64,000 nucleotides of DNA from Octopus sinensis (GCF_006345805.1 NC_042997.1:108686001-108750000); one strand, 5' to 3'. Positions 25,114 through 38,877 are shown, counted from the first letter of the stretch. The notes: a model not told the origin generated them from the sequence alone. Numbers and translations are program-made.

Positions 25114-26661
25114 ACTACTACTACTATGACTACATTTTTGATGCTACACTATTGGTTTCAATGTAGTTAGGTTGAGGAAGGCCGTATTTTTTAAGGTGTT
25201 GGTCATATATATTTCGGGTTTTGTCGATGAGAGCAAGCGTTATAGATTTCGTATGGGTACGCTATTTCATATGGGTACCCGATTTCCATATCAGGTTCAG
25301 GTGTTGAGTTTTTTGCTTGAAACTGTCAGTGAGGTAATTATGAAACTTTACCCAAAGCTGAGGCGTTCTATTTTCCCGCAAATCGATTTGATTGGCGAGA
25401 ATTTTGTTTGTTATTCAAATTAAAATTTGAGCTTCACCCAAACTCCTTTTTCCACGGGGCATTAGTTATGGCAACGTCGTTTAAAGAAAATCGTGGCATG
25501 AAAGACCATATTTGGTCGTGACAGTAATTTGAACTCGGATTCTTTAATTAAAATTTGATGGTACATCAATTTCTAGTAGATGTATCGGCAGCAGCTTCAC
25601 CTTAATCAAGTCTTCTGGTGAACTGAAGTGGTACAAGTAGTAGTAGTAGTATCAGTGGGAGAGAGAGAAGAGAGAGAAAGGGAAAGGGATCGACAGGGAG
25701 AGAGAAAAAGGAGATAACTGAAACACAAAAAACTCAATGTAGCAAAGCTTTCAATGACGAGTATAAAGGTGAGTATAACAGGAAAGAGAATCAGCACTGT
25801 AGTGGCAGCGGAGAATTGGCGATAGGTATATGCAAGAAAAAAATATGGATATACACACTTACACACAAAACTTCTCTAATAAAACTTTCTGAAATATATT
25901 TATACAGAGAGATATATGTATGTGCGTGTGCACATGTTTAGCAAACTTACATACACACACACAGAGCCAATTCACGCATATACACACACCACACCGTGAA
26001 CTTTAGCTTCTTTATATATACAAGTGAAATAAAAAGTATAATAACTGCATATATCTTGACCTAGTAATGTCACCATACAAACATACAAACAGATTTTCTA
26101 TTATTTATGATGAAACATAGAGGAGCACGTAGAGGGAGGGCGATAGAAGCGCGCGCGTGTTTTATTGTGTGTCTGTGTGACATAAATGTGAATCTGTGTG
26201 AGTGTGTGTGTATTAATGTGATATAAGAGTATGTGTATGGATGTGAGATGGAGGCTTAATAAAAAAGGATGTGTGAATATGTGTAACGGTATTTTAAGTA
26301 GTATAATTCCGAGTGTGTGTGTGTGTGTGTAAATGTGTGTATCTGATGTATAAGTTTATAAGTGGCAAAGGTGTGAATATGTATAAGTGAGTGTGTGTCC
26401 ACGCATGTGTGTATTTATAAGTGGTATATGTGCGTTTGTGTGTGTATGTGTATATGTATGCATGTGTATGAAAGCTAGTGGTACGAATGTATGTATAGAC
26501 ATATGCAAAATGATATGCATAATGCATGTGTGTATGTATATACGTATATAGATATATATATCTATATATATATATATATATATATATACTTTGATACTTT
26601 GATACTTGATAGGTTTCGGCCATTATTGGCCCAGGCCATGTCTAACTTAATAGCACCACCT

Positions 26662-26710
<49 letters not shown>

Positions 26711-26846
26711 TCAAGTGTTTTGTGTATATATGTATATCTGTATGTGATCTAGATGTCAATGTATGTATTTATACACGATATAGGTGCGAATATGTATATG
26801 TGTGTGTGTATTTATAAATAAATATATATATGTATGTATGTATATA

Positions 26847-26882
<36 letters not shown>

Positions 26883-26972
26883 TGTATGTATGTATGTATG
26901 TATGTATGTATGTATGTATGTATATATATATAAGTATGTATGTATGTAAGTATGTATGTATGTATGTATGTG

Positions 26973-27003
<31 letters not shown>

Positions 27004-27230
27004 GTAAGTGTATGTGCGTGTTTGTGTATTTGTAAGTGATCTGGGTGTCAATGTGTGTGAGTGCGTGCGTGTTAGTGTATGTATATGTGCATACGTATTT
27101 ATAAGTGAGATAGGTACGAATAGAGGAATATGTCTATGTGTGTATTTCTATAGGATATAGTTGTGAATGTGTATTGGCTCATCAATGTACTGATGTGAAA
27201 TATTCCTGGTCACTGCATTAAATAGTTGGA

Positions 27231-27325
27231 CCAATCATTCCTTCCCGGCCATTGCCAGCCCCTGTAATCCCCTCATGGCCCTCATTGATATATAAAAGTG
27301 CAGCCTCGACTTCATTAACTTCACC
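27231..27325 (+). promoter_or_regulatory. Possible CCAAT + TATA core promoter
   Basis: CCAATC at 27231 and TATATAAAAG at 27289-27298, with pyrimidine-rich Inr-like sequence 25-32 nt downstream; no downstream gene identified. Confidence 0.2.
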
Positions 27326-27545
27326 AACTCTTGCTTCCTCTGTTAATGTTATGTACACTCCTCCTTCCCCTCCTCCCCCTTCTTCTCCTGGAGCACCGTC
27401 TTGAAAGGGTTTAGTCAAACAAACCGACACCAGTGCTTATTCTGTCGGCCACTTTTGCCGAACCGCTTAGTTACAGGGACGTAGATTAAACAAACCGGTG
27501 TCAAGCGGTGGTGGAGGGCCAACAGAGACACAAAGACACATTTCC

Positions 27546-27589
<44 letters not shown>

Positions 27590-27644
27590 TATATATATAT
27601 ACATATATAGTAGAATAATAAAAAGTTCTTAGTACCGTATAATT

Positions 27645-27829
27645 TATTTGAAAAAATGAGTAGAGATGGCTTTTGTGGGGGATAATTTCTATTTTAATGA
27701 TAATTTTTACAGTTACTCTAATGAGTTTCGAGCTTTTCAAACTCGAAACTCATTAGTATAGCTGTAAACATTATCATTAAAATAGAAATTATCCCCCACA
27801 AAAGCCATCTCTACTCATTTTTTCAAATA
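27645..27829. repeat. Near-perfect palindrome, 88 bp arms, 9-nt loop
   Basis: 27645-27732 versus 27742-27829 differ at 4 positions by eye. Confidence 0.93.
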
Positions 27830-28129
27830 TATATACATATGTGTATGTGTATATATATGAAATTGCAGCGACTAGGATGCATAATTGCATACAGAGCAAT
27901 GTTCAGTTACTGCAGTAGAAACATATGTTGGACATGCTGCAGAATACATTTTAATAAAAATATTTTGGGCGTGAATAAATCTCCACTCTCCTCTTGGTTT
28001 TCAATTATATATATAATGCTCACATATACGCGCACGCGCGCCTTCGTTTAGGGATCACCGATACTTTAGTATCTCCCCTTCTTTCTACTTCTCTTATCAA
28101 ACCTTTTTTTCCCAATCAGTCGCCATGCT

Positions 28130-28310
28130 TGATCGCTAAATCCACATGTGTTTTTATTCTCTCTCTGTTTATTTTCTCTTATTCCTTTCTGTTGAAGAGC
28201 GTAGGCTCGAAACGTAAAAGACTTTCTCACTTCCCGAGTGTCAAACTGATACACCTGCTTGTTGTTCATAGTCCTGTATTCGTCTGTTGATTTTCTGTAA
28301 ATTTCAACTA
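28130..28310 (+). mobile_element. Penelope-like 3' terminal fragment with minimal hammerhead-like motif (28185-28220)
   Basis: Homologous to the 3' terminal part of the GIY-YIG element at 62925-64000 and to 48900-49070. Confidence 0.65.
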
Positions 28311-28325
28311 GCATATATGTATATA

Positions 28326-28635
28326 TCACCGTGATCACCGTGACCGACCAGGCTATCAGATGTTGCTTCACATCGCTGGTCACAATGCGCTTCGCATTTT
28401 TTTAGCCTTCAAATGACGCCATCCCGCTGGCTACGCGAGTAGGCCAACAGAAGAAAGAGTGAGAGAAAGTCGTGGTGAAAGAGTACAGCAGGGACCGCCA
28501 CCACACCCTGCCGGAGCCTCATGGAGCTTTAGGTGTTTTCGCTCAATAAACACTCACAACGCCCGGTCTGGGAAACGAAACCGCGATCCTTCGACCGCGA
28601 GTCCGCTACCCTAACCACTGGACCATTGCGCCTCC
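28326..28635 (-). mobile_element. tRNA-derived SINE family B (young)
   Basis: Reverse complement begins GGAGGCGCAATGGTCCAGTGGTTAGGG with A and B boxes; close match to the 31107 and 43893 copies. Confidence 0.88.
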
Positions 28636-28677
<42 letters not shown>

Positions 28678-28679
<2 letters not shown>

Positions 28680-29062
28680 TAGCAGTATCGCCCGGCGTTG
28701 CTCAGGTTTGTAAGGGAAATAACTATAAAGCATTTTTAGAGAGTTATAGCCAAAAAATAGCAAAAAAATGGAAAAAAATTATGGTAAATTTTTTTGAGAG
28801 TGAAAAAAGGTGGAGTTGCGTCCCCTAGACAGTTTGCGGTTTGTGTTTCTGATTCTCGACCCCATGTCGAATTTATCGATTTTTTTCAGAACTGGGGGAA
28901 CTTTTCAAAATTTTCGCTACGTTAGTTTTGAATTATGACATTGGGCTATGTGTGTGTCAAGTTTCATCAGAATCGGTTGAAAGCCGTGGTCAGGGTGAGG
29001 GTACAAGCAAACAGACACACAGAAACACGCACAGACAAACTGCCGTTTATATAGAGAGAGAT
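28678..29062 (+). mobile_element. Non-autonomous Helitron/Helentron-like element (Lep1/HINE-like architecture)
   Basis: 5' end ACTAGCAGTATCGCCCGGCGTTGCTC, microsatellite-like CAGA/CACA near the 3' end and a TTTATATAGAGAGAGAT end; 5' end shared with 36206. Confidence 0.55.
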
Positions 29063-29160
29063 ATATCTTATTTTGATTATAATCACCCCATGGATTTATA
29101 TGGATAACACCATACAAAATTCTTGTGCATCTAGCTTAAGTACCATATTCATTTGAATCT

Positions 29161-30060
29161 AGGTACGTACATATATGTTTGTATGTATGCATATATTTTA
29201 TTTATTACACTATTGTATGACTGAGCGCCTTCGCGTCGATTCGATTCGTTTGGTTTCGTTTCGTTTCTTCTTCTCTAAGCTGGTTTTTATATATAATTAT
29301 GACGCGAAACTCCATAACTCCTTTTTCTCTCTTTCTTTCACCCTCTTTTGCTTCCTTCCTCTCTATCTCTCTATCTCTCTATCTCTCTCACTCCTCCTCA
29401 TCTCTCTCACGGCCGGGTCTACGAACTTCCTTTCGCCGGCGGCCTTATTCAAGTAAACATGTTTCTTCTTGCACTACTGAAAAATTTTTTTCCTCGTCTA
29501 GGCTTATAGGCCCTCTTTATTTGTTTTCCTGTCCTGTTTCTATTCCTTCTTGTACTGTATTTCTTGTAATTGTATTTTTATTTTGTATTTGTTTTTAATT
29601 GTATTGTTTTTACGTCCTGTTTTTGTCACATTTTTTTCCCTTGTTTTTACCCCTCTGCAAAGGAATTTTATTTAATTCTTTTGCACGAAGGACTAGTTCG
29701 ACGAGACGTGTTCTGTCCTCACCTTCGAAACACGCTGGAGTTGAACTAGGAACGGCTGATGAAGGGGATTTTTCCTTGTGTAGTTGTCTTGTACTCTGTT
29801 TTTTCGTTGTTAAAGGATGGTCCGTTCCATGCTGTTTTTACGTTTTCGTTTCTCGTTGAGTTCTACGTCTATTTGTGGTGTCCTGTACACACGTTTATAT
29901 ATTTATATATGCATGTATATATACATGTAGATGTAGGTACATACATATATGTTTATATGTATGCATGTATTTTATTTATTACACTATTGTATGACTGAGC
30001 GCCTTCGCGTCGATTCGATTCGATTCGTTTGGTTTCGTTTCATTTCTTCTTCTCTAAGCT

Positions 30061-30070
<10 letters not shown>
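29161..30070 (+). mobile_element. ~900 bp non-coding element with ~130 bp direct terminal repeats, probably Penelope-derived
   Basis: 29161-29293 is repeated at 29935-30070; interior carries CGAAAC...CTGATGAAGGGGATTTTCC and the family tail also seen at 19.7 and 47.1 kb. Confidence 0.55.
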
Positions 30071-30138
<68 letters not shown>

Positions 30139-30376
30139 ACTCTAAGACACAGAAAAAATACAAGATGGATTGCAAGGGTAGAAAACAGGCGTGGTTTGTG
30201 GTAAGAAGCTTGCTTCCAACTACATGCATGCGGGTTCAATTCTGCTGTCCGGTACCTTGAGCAAATGACTTCACAACCATCAGGTTTATGCAGTGACAGT
30301 CGTGATCCACAATTGATAACAGTTGTCAATTTATTAATATGAGATATTCTTCCATACACAACCATACAAACTCGGA

Positions 30377-30508
<132 letters not shown>

Positions 30509-31106
30509 CTCTTTCCGCACACATATGTATGTGTGTGTGTGTATATATATATATATCCATATACACATACACACACACACACCCACACATATGCATTTAC
30601 AGCACTTCATACATTTGCGAAGGTCAGTGGCATGCATTTTGATAAGCAGGACAAAGATGTGTAATTTAAATGTCATACAAGATCATTTCTTGATTTCGCG
30701 AAATTATCCTCGCTTCGAGAGAAAGGTAAACAAGCAAGGAGCGGCCACCTAGTCTGAATGAGAAAGGGAGATAATCTCTGGGAATCTCACATTCTCTGGC
30801 ATAAACATGACATTAAGGAAAAAGGAAGTCTTTTTTTTTCTATAGAAGAGATGAAAACAGCTGTGAACACGTGTTTACGATTCAATGACCGCCATCAGGA
30901 AAGCATTGCTCTTCTTCCCTTCTTTCCTGAGCGTCCAATAATACTTTATTTGTTCCACGTCCTTGCGTTGTTGTGTTTTTTTGTTTTCTTGTTTGGATTA
31001 ACTATATATATATATATATATACAACGTGCATACATACATATGTGTGTGAGTGTGTATGTGTGAGTGTTTAGATGTATGATATATATATATATATAAACA
31101 TAATGC

Positions 31107-31380
31107 GGAGGCGCAATGGCCCAGTGGTTAGGGCAGCGGACTCGCGGTCGTAGGATCGCGGTTTCGATTCCTAGACCGGGCCTTGTGTGTGTTTATTGAG
31201 TGAAAACACCTAAAGCTCCACAATCTCTGGTGGCGATCCCTGCTGTACTCTTTCGCCACACTTTCTTCTGTTGGCCCGCTCGCTTAGCCAGCGGGGTGGC
31301 GTCATTTGAAGGCTAAAACAATGCGAAGCGCATTGTGACCAGCGATGTGTAGCAACATCTGGTCGGTCACGGTGATCACA
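31107..31380 (+). mobile_element. tRNA-derived SINE family B
   Basis: A box TGGCCCAGTGG (31117-31127), B box GGTTTCGATTCC (31160-31171), followed by a non-tRNA body. Confidence 0.88.
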
Positions 31381-33644
31381 TAATGCTTATATTCAAACTC
31401 TTACACACACGCACACACGCACATATGGATTCATAGAATCGTGTGGCTATCACATAAAACTCCTCTGACGGACTCGGCTAACAGACCACAAAGTAATCCA
31501 ATGTAGAAGAGTATGGTGCAGAGTGTCCATGCAACTAAAATCATGGAGATCCAATCAATGAAGTTATTTCATGAGGAGTTTATAAACCACAAAAAGTCAG
31601 GAAATATGAGAGGTGAATACATTTATTTAATCACATGTCACCCCTAGGATTACAGCCGTTCCGCTGCCTGCTTCAAGTAAGGTAATGGCGAACTTCTGCT
31701 GACTCTTTCGCCGCAACTTTCTCTCACTCTTTCTTTCTGCTTCTTGCAGCTCACCTGCGACGAACCTATACGCCAATGAAATCGGGAAACCGGTCCTTAT
31801 GAACTAGGCATGGCTCGAGAAGGAACAAACATGTTATGTAGTGTGGGGTGATGTTGTGTATGGTGTTGTAGCATAGTGGAAGATATGCATCATAGTCAGG
31901 GTAGAGTGGGATGTGTATGATGTAGTGTTGTGTGAATTAATGTGGGGATATGATCCAGTGAGCTGTGTGAGAGAAAGACAATGTTCACGAGTTATTCAGA
32001 ACCACGGAGGCAAGGAGAAAGGAAGAAAGAAGGAAGGAAGGAGGTAAGGAAGTCATCCGCCGGCCTTTGACTTGTTCTAATTGTTCGGAAGACAATGGAA
32101 TCCACTAAAGACACCAACGGGTCAAGTTTTGGCGTTAAACCGGGTGATTGAGTCTACTGCCCATGAAAAAGAACAATCCACCCCAGGGGTATTTACACAG
32201 TTTTATTCTCCCAAATTTCACTCCCAAAGTTGGGTTAATGCGCTGTTTTCCAAGGTGCTGCACAGTTGATTCGAACCGGAAATCACGTTTTGGTTTTGGG
32301 AAATTCTGTTTTTGTTATTTGTTATTTTTGTATGGCTGACTCAGAGGAAGAAAAGAAAGAAAAACAAAAACAAAACTTGAAGGAAATAAACACCACGTGA
32401 TCAAAAAGAAGAAAAGACATCCTTTGCGTAAATCTTTAGTGATATTGTAGCTGCTCAGACCTAATCTAATCCAGATGCTGGAAACAAGGTTAATGTCTAA
32501 AGTAACTACGCGAAATACGACTCTCCCAAATATTCCTAAAGATATGTTCTAATAACTGGTCTTTGAACGCGATTCACTAGGAACCTCACTTCCATTGATT
32601 AATGTACACATTCGTTGATTAACAAACTAAACATGAGCTATGTATTTCCAACTTTAACACTATATATATATATAGCAAAACTTTAGATTCAGATGAATAT
32701 GGTACTTAAGTTGAGGCACCAGAATTTAGTACGATATTATCCATACAATTTCAAAGTAAGGTGATTAAAATCAAAATAAGCAACAAGGATATCCAGCGAT
32801 AATGCAGTACGATCGTTTCATGAAACTCCATTTAATTGAACAATGCAATCCTTACATCAATTTAAAATGTAGAGCAATCTTCAGCTGCACAAAGACATAG
32901 AATTTAATTAAATTAGAACAGATGGACACATTAGTATAATTATACCAAAATCTCCAAGAAGTTAAGAAGATAGCTAAAGAACATGTTGTCTCTACTTCAG
33001 CATAGAAGTTATTAAAATTATCAAGAAGACTCTGCCTGCTACTGATTTTTTGTCTTTATGGGGTCAGTTTTAATTTATAGACTAGTTTATCGAATCCCTT
33101 GTATATCTAAGACTGAATGAACAGAGGGCAGTATCTGTTATGGGTAGGGCTGAGTGGAGCAGGCAGACATTCTAGTTGGTATACATACATACATATATAT
33201 TATATATACATACATATATAGTATATATACACACATATATATATTATATACATACATAGATATATAGATATATACAGATAGATGTGTCACGGGTGTGTTA
33301 CATTTAAAGACAAGTAACAGGAAATGTACGTCTTATGTGCTCGCGTGCGTGCGCGTGCGCAAGTGTATGTATTTGTGTGTTTGTGTGTGTATGTGTATGT
33401 TCATTACCTCTAATGATAATTTAATGAATGTGTTTCAGGATATCTTTAATTTAAACGTTTTTCGTTAACGATTCATAAAAATCCGGTCTTAATTAATTTC
33501 AGCCGGAAACAAAAAAGTATTATTTTAATTGCCGTTTCTTATGTTTCCCTTAAATACGGTTATTATGACTGATTCTTTTTTATATTTTGGGGATAAGGAA
33601 TTTAAATGAAAAAGGAATTTGAAATCGTGTGCAGTTCATACAGT

Positions 33645-33681
<37 letters not shown>

Positions 33682-34020
33682 ATATACGTACTACCACAAT
33701 ACCTACTTTCATCCTTCCATCCATCCATCCATCCATCCATCCATCCCTCAATCCATCCATCCATCCATCCATCCATCCATCCATCTGTCCGTCCGTTCGT
33801 CCGTCCATCCATCCACCCCTAAGTAACAATATGGATAATTTCGAGCTTTCAAAAAAGAAATCTAACAACTAACTCGCACAATACAAATGCAATTTGTAAG
33901 CGGAATACTAAAAATATGCAAGAATTTTCTCAAGTTTAAAATGTGGTATTATTTTTGTTACCTACATACGAATGATGGAGCTTTTTATCTTTGTTCGAAA
34001 TCACAGACACACGAAACACA

Positions 34021-34058
<38 letters not shown>

Positions 34059-34599
34059 TGTGTGTATATATATATATCCAGACACACACATACCTACACA
34101 CACATATCGAGTCACATACATATCAACAACAACAAACACGTATATTTATATATATATATATATACACACACATACATACATACATCCGGACACATACCTA
34201 CACACACATACCGAGTCATATGCACATCAACATCAACAACATACAAACACACACACACACACGACTGCATGCACATGCTTACACACACAGATAACTTTTA
34301 AAATGCTGACTGAGTGCCGTTCCAGCTTTAGTGCCATATTCAGTGTGCCGTGGATGGCAAAGTTTTAGAAATGGCTGTTTTTCTGAGACATGAAAATAGA
34401 ATTTCGTAATAAAACGCAGAAAGTAATGATATTTTGAGAGAATTTATTGCGAAAGAATGTCTCTGCTGTGGGCTGAGGTTGTTTTTTTTTGTGTTTTTCG
34501 CTAATTTGCTTTCATGCTTTTAGCAAATTCTTTTATAGAAAATGTATAACGCTGTTTATTATATAACCCGACTTAGGAGACACACAGCTGCTGAGTATG

Positions 34600-34668
34600 A
34601 TGATGATGATGATGATGATGATGACGGTGGTAGTAGTGATGATGAGGATTATACTTGTGATGGTGGTA

Positions 34669-34765
<97 letters not shown>

Positions 34766-34785
34766 TTATTATTATTATTATTATA
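34600..34785. repeat. Compound (GAT)n/(TAT)n/(TAC)n microsatellite
   Basis: Directly visible. Confidence 0.95.
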
Positions 34786-36072
34786 TTGCCTTTGCACAGC
34801 TTCTAACGCTGGAGATGTACTACTACCAGTTTTTTTACTACCAGTGAACTAAGCTAACACGCCTTATTTTTCGAGCACCATCCGGAGTATTCGAGCGGTT
34901 CCAAATAGTGCTTATTGCAGCCCCTATTTGTTCCACGTATTATTATTATTATGTATTGGAGGATGCTTATTGCCCCTGAATGTTATTGTACAACTCCCGT
35001 CACCTTCTCGGCACTAGTGGGAGGGTTGGAGGCGGAAGAGACCATCACAAGTCACGGGTTACTCTTGTAGTAGGAAGAATAGAATTAAGAATACTCCCTT
35101 CATATTGGAGACCTATTCCACTTATAACATAACAATCCAATGACCAGAGAGCGATGGTGGGGTTAAATTGGGTGAGGAATTAAGGCCACCACACAACATA
35201 GCAAAATGTGACTCGGGTATTCAATCGAGTGAGAAGTTAATGAGTACAAGTTCGATTGTTCAATTACCTCTACAAACGCAATCTCTGTGTTATGACATGT
35301 TTAGGTTATGACGCATTTGTCATAAGATATAACTTAAATGTTTTCCGTGACGATAAATGTATTTAATTCTGTTTTGTCTGATTTTACCGGTGAGTGTCTA
35401 ACATTATAAGGCACAAAAAGAAAATGACTCTCCCCAGACACAACAGAATATGCTTCAACACACGAACTCATATAAAGAATCTTGCAAACCAAATCCAAAA
35501 ACGAAATGTATTTAATATTTATATAAAATGCAATGAAGGTGACGGTTGGCTGAATCAACAGGTTGTTGGATCAATCTCCGAGAAAGTAAATACTATATTT
35601 ACTTGCGTAAGAGTCGCACTCTTTTACTCATAATTTTAGCTGAAACAACTGGAGTACAACTTTTATACGGTGGAAAGCTAAAATTATGGAGGAAAAAAAT
35701 TGTACTAAGATTTAAAACCAAATATGGGATGTAACGTATAAACGGGTTAATATGGTTTGTATTTCTAATGGTAGGTTGAGTCAATGGTGGTGATGGTGTT
35801 GGGGTGGGGAGAGGGTAAATCTTAAAACCCAATAATCCAGTATTGAATGTTAAATATGTTTAAATTATTATAATCTAAATCTAAATTGGCACCATTGATT
35901 GAGAGGCACAAGGGTCTACTAAAACACTACAAGAAGAGAAAAATTCCTTGAGGACCAGATCGACCTTATCGATAATGTTGAACTCTGTAGATCAGTGGAT
36001 TTCAGAGTTGGGACTTCAAACTTCACTGAATTCAACTTTGTGTTTCGTCTATCACGGTTACAAATATAAGTA

Positions 36073-36682
36073 CAGCAATCCCTCGACTATCGCGGGTGTT
36101 ACGTTCCAACCCCACTCCCGCGATAAGTGAAAATCCGCGAAGGAGAAACAGTACTTACTGTATACTTTTTATTTTTATAATTTGTATATATTTATTTTAT
36201 TATAAACTAGCAGTATCGCCCAGCGTTGCTCGGGTTTGTTTCGACCCCTTAACAATTGGAATTTTTGAAAAGTAAAAATTTTGCATTATGTAGCTTGTTA
36301 TTCTCTTTAAGTGAACATTTTCCCGGTTGAAATACACTGAAAAATGGTGACACAGCAGTCAAAAAATCGTAAAAAATAGGGATTTTCATAGAAAAAAAAG
36401 TACCTTTTTGATGTAAATAATTTTTGGTGTTAACATGGTCCGATTTGAATTTTTTCTTCTACGGATGGAAGAGCAATCCTTCTTCTATCATACCCTCAAT
36501 TTTGGTCAACTTGCGCCGCAGGGTCTCGGAGGAGATAGTGTTACTTGAAGGCTACCAAACCTGCTACACACACACAACTTCAGCTTTATGTATATAGATG
36601 TAAAACAACACCACGGAGGAATAGACGTCAGCTTAAAGAATAAACTACGATAGGTGAACCGCGATATGGCGAGGGATTACTG
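36073..36682. mobile_element. pogo/Tigger-like MITE interrupted by a Helitron-like insertion
   Basis: TA-CAGCAATCCCTCGACTATCGCGG on the left and CCGCGATATGGCGAGGGATTACTG on the right form TIRs. Confidence 0.7.
36206..36599 (+). mobile_element. Non-autonomous Helitron/Helentron-like element nested in the Tigger-like MITE
   Basis: Starts ACTAGCAGTATCGCCCAGCGTTGCTCGGGTTTGT as at 28678; ends (CA)n...GCTTTATGTATATAGAT. Confidence 0.55.
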
Positions 36683-37920
36683 CACATATAATATGAGTAC
36701 TTGTAATATTCTGGGGTCTACAGGACTTATTGATAATAAACCGTGTATCTTAGAAAACAATAACGAATTTTTATGCCACAATATGACATCATTATTAAAA
36801 TAAAACGTAATTCTATTGATTTAGTGGAACGGATTAAAAAATAAAACCGACGGCTTTAGGTCGATATGAACTCAGAAACTGGTGCACCAAAATATATACA
36901 ACAACAACAACAACAATTTGATCCAGTTACTAATGTTTGTTATGCATTCTAACGTTTGGTAAATATTTACATTTCTAAGTTTCTCATGAATTACAAAGAA
37001 CAGAGTTTAGATTCGGTGTTAAACGGATGAGGGGACAGTTGTCGACGACTCTGACAATAATCAATTATGATTCCTCTCTCTTTATCTGGCTACACATACT
37101 CGTGTATGTCTGTCTGTGCGTTTCCATGTTATCTCCATTTGTATTCCATGTTATCTTTTTGTACCAATTCCCTTATTCACTTGCGTCACACACTGAAACT
37201 TTTCCTGTTACTATTCGTGGTTTTCTCAATTAATTTACAACTTCTCTTCTTTCTCTCATCTCTCTCTCTCTCTCTTTTTCTTTCTCTAGTTATCCTCATT
37301 CTATTGACCCTTTGCTTTCCTCTCTCCCTCCATTATACTTACTTCGTTTCCCAGCGTTCCCCTCCCTCTCTCCCTCCCACGCTCTCCTCCTCCCATCTCT
37401 CTATCTCTTCTTCCATTCTGTTTTATCCACATTTTTACTATTTTCTTTTCTCACATCGAACAAAAATTTATTTTGTTATATTTGTTTTCTTGCTTTAATT
37501 TTAGTCCCTTTACTTGTCCTTTCCGCCAGTTTTTAAACTGGTTCATGTTCGTATAGTAGTTTTCCTTGCCGCATTCCTTGTTACTTCCACCTAACCACTT
37601 TATCATCATTTCTCATCTATTTGTCTCATCTTTACTGTTGTCCGTGTCTCACTGTGGACTCTTTAACTATATTTCCTTGGTCCACCACTGTCTCTTCTTA
37701 ACTGAGTGAAACCTTATCAACTTCTTGGCATTCATGGCACAGACTAGAGTTAAGGAGTTCTATCTTTAGCGCCGAAACTGCATATTTCTTAGTTTTTACA
37801 GCTGATGAGAATTCTCCGGTTGTTCCATCTGTATACAAGTTATCCTGTTGCATTTTTCTTTGCTTGTTTGTGGGTAGCATGAATTATAAGGAGTGGCTTT
37901 CATCTTTGAATGCATGTGCG

Positions 37921-38025
<105 letters not shown>

Positions 38026-38344
38026 TGACCTATCCCAATGGTAGGGATCTAAAATGATTTATGTTGCAGAGAAACAAGGAATAATAACTCTGAATATTTT
38101 GGCGACGTTGTTTGGGAAGAATGGACGGGAAGGAATACGTTCAAGAGATGTCTGGTGCGTGCATATGTGTGCGCATGTATGAGTATGGTATGTATATGCG
38201 TGTATGTTTGTGGACGGACGTGTTTTCTGGGTGGAAAATAATTTCAAACCAAAACACAGAATATATTAATAAGAAAAAGGAAAAACAAGTTTCTTTATGG
38301 AACATAATTACAATTATCGATCACAGACATAACAATATATATAT

Positions 38345-38385
<41 letters not shown>

Positions 38386-38535
38386 ACATACATGTATATA
38401 TATATATAATATATATATATATACTTATGTGTATATGTATGTATACAAACATGTATATATTATATATATATGAATATAAATATATATATATATGTATGTA
38501 TATATATACTTATGTGTATATGTATGTATACTTAC

Positions 38536-38606
<71 letters not shown>

Positions 38607-38877
38607 TTATGTGTATATGTATGTATACATACATGTATATATATATATAATAAATAATATATACGCATGCAGACATACACACACATTCCTACATATATAT
38701 GTATATATGCATTCATATATGGGTACAGGACGTAAAAAAAAAACGTGAACAAAATGAGAAACGAGAACATAAAAAAACAAAAGCATGGGAGATGAACTTT
38801 TTTCGAACAACGAAAGAAACAAATAGAGAAACGAGGCAGGCAACATAAAGAACAATCCTTTCATCAGTTGTCCCCTG

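Noticed and set aside
24500-25130. Minus-strand exons or ORFs (MNSTEIAEQ..., MTLTKIFAETD...) with splice-like sites
   Set aside because: The splice combinations I tried give early stops and the peptides resemble nothing I recognise.
31107-31180. tRNA gene (also heads at 28560-28635 and 44115-44191)
   Set aside because: A and B boxes are present but there is no proper acceptor stem, and each continues into the same SINE body.
37800-37880. LMRILRLFHL, resembling an ion-channel S4 segment after a TTTTTACAG acceptor
   Set aside because: The frame stops after 26 codons, there is no good donor and no other channel exons were found.
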